DNA of 62,156 nt, filler included, from Streblomastix strix (taxonomy: Eukaryota): assembly GCA_008636045.1 (NCBI GenBank). It is 4 parts of 4 records of this genome, joined end to end, with 100 filler letters (N's around TTAATTAATTAA, not from the genome) between each part and the next. Parts side by side here need not be neighbours in the genome. Positions count along the whole stretch, not along the records: positions 46,699 to 62,156 come from SNRW01000980.1; 3 more parts are not named here. One strand, given 5' to 3'. The position numbers and the translations under genes are program-made. Positions 61,247 to 62,156 of this stretch are shown here, one piece after another; positions within the stretch are counted from its first letter, which is position 1; every line of letters begins with the position of its first letter. Under the pieces are notes generated by a model. It did no database searches, was not told where the DNA came from, and saw only the letters and a program-made list of their open reading frames with translations.

Positions 61247-62155
61247 TCAGCAATTTCGTTGCTTTTATGGTGGCATCAACATTTTATATTAAATTTTATA
61301 TTTATCAGCTGACATTCCATCAATATATGGGCAACAGCATTAATTTTCTAGTACAATCATTTTTGTATGAACTCCTGTAATTCCATTCTTTGTTGTATTA
61401 ATTCTGCTCATTTTACTTAATATTTCATCGTCATCATTTCTCTCAATATGTTACCGTAACGAAGTATTTTTGCCTTTTATAACAGTTCCATTTTTGATAT
61501 TATTTTCATAAGCTTCTTTATTAATTTACGGATTCATTTTTAAACTCATTCCTTTAAGTTTAACAACTATTGGATCTTTCTTATCAAATTCTTATCTTAA
61601 CCAATAATTCTTTGGTGCTAATGCAATAAGAGTTGAACCACAATGTTCATACGCAACTCCTAATGGTTTCTTTTCATCCTATATTTGTAATTCTTTTATT
61701 TTCAATTTTCTTTGATCTTCATCAATTTTACTTAATTAAGGTTTATTTTCTTTAGTGATTACTTATTTCGGTTTTGGGAAGAACTTATAGAAATTTTTAT
61801 CATAGAATTATTTATCCTTAATCACAGCAGAGAATCCTTATTTATAATTTTACTTTGGATCACCAGCAACTGCTAACATCATAGAATCAGTATCACAATA
61901 AATGAGATGAACACGATTCATATCTATCATAGGAGTTAAGAAATTATAATAGAAATTCATAAACCAATATTTTGCACAATTTAATACTGCAAATGCAACT
62001 TATAAGCAAGTTTTACAATTAAATTTTTATTATTCAAACTCAACTGCATAGATATTATCTCCTAATTTGCGATCGCTTTTGAGTTTACCATTGAGATGTG
62101 GCCTGAATGTTTAATGTATATCACATAGCTTAATATCTGTGAAATGTTCTTGATT
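61247..62155 (-). CDS. Protein-primed family B DNA polymerase, C-terminal part
   Basis: 'QVAFAVLNCAKYWFMNFYY', motif C 'LIYCDTDSM', 'ALAPKNY', 'KLKGMS'; N-terminus lies beyond the window. Confidence 0.92.
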
Positions 62156-62156
62156 C

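Larger units (their letters stand above)
46699..62156. mobile_element. Polinton/Maverick-like (polintovirus-type) element, right end truncated inside pPolB
   Basis: 14 tightly packed intronless ORFs in TAR=Gln code, including pPolB, rve integrase, A32-like ATPase and capsid-like genes. Confidence 0.92.

Overview
AT-rich eukaryotic (protist) DNA using a non-canonical nuclear code: TAA/TAG read as Gln and TGA is the only stop. The supplied ORF track therefore fragments nearly every gene. GT-AG introns plus kinase-SPRY and GGAI-repeat families suggest an oxymonad such as Streblomastix (inference). The window is four apparently unrelated contigs of about 15.46 kb, joined by artificial N44-TTAATTAATTAA-N44 linkers. 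Contig 1 (1-15474): FtsX/MacB-type permease with a large Asn/Gln-rich N-terminus, and a 1.78-kb inverted duplication placing the same SPRY cassette behind two different genes. Contig 2 (15575-31040): 5'-truncated GlyRS, NEK-like kinase-SPRY, membrane-anchored S41-like protein, Tc1/mariner-type MITE and an ARM-like gene. Contig 3 (31141-46598): GGAI-repeat surface protein, then decayed mobile DNA (probable Polinton relic, DIRS retrotransposon, hAT transposase). Contig 4 (46699-62156) is the highlight: an intronless, gene-dense Polinton/Maverick-like virus written in the host TAR=Gln code. It encodes pPolB, rve integrase, packaging ATPase, major and minor capsid proteins, an HNH nuclease, a protein-VI-like amphipathic protein and a phage-like tail fibre. 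Its genes share an upstream TTATTTTTG motif, and three carry a single in-frame TGA. All translations were done by eye; no searches were run.
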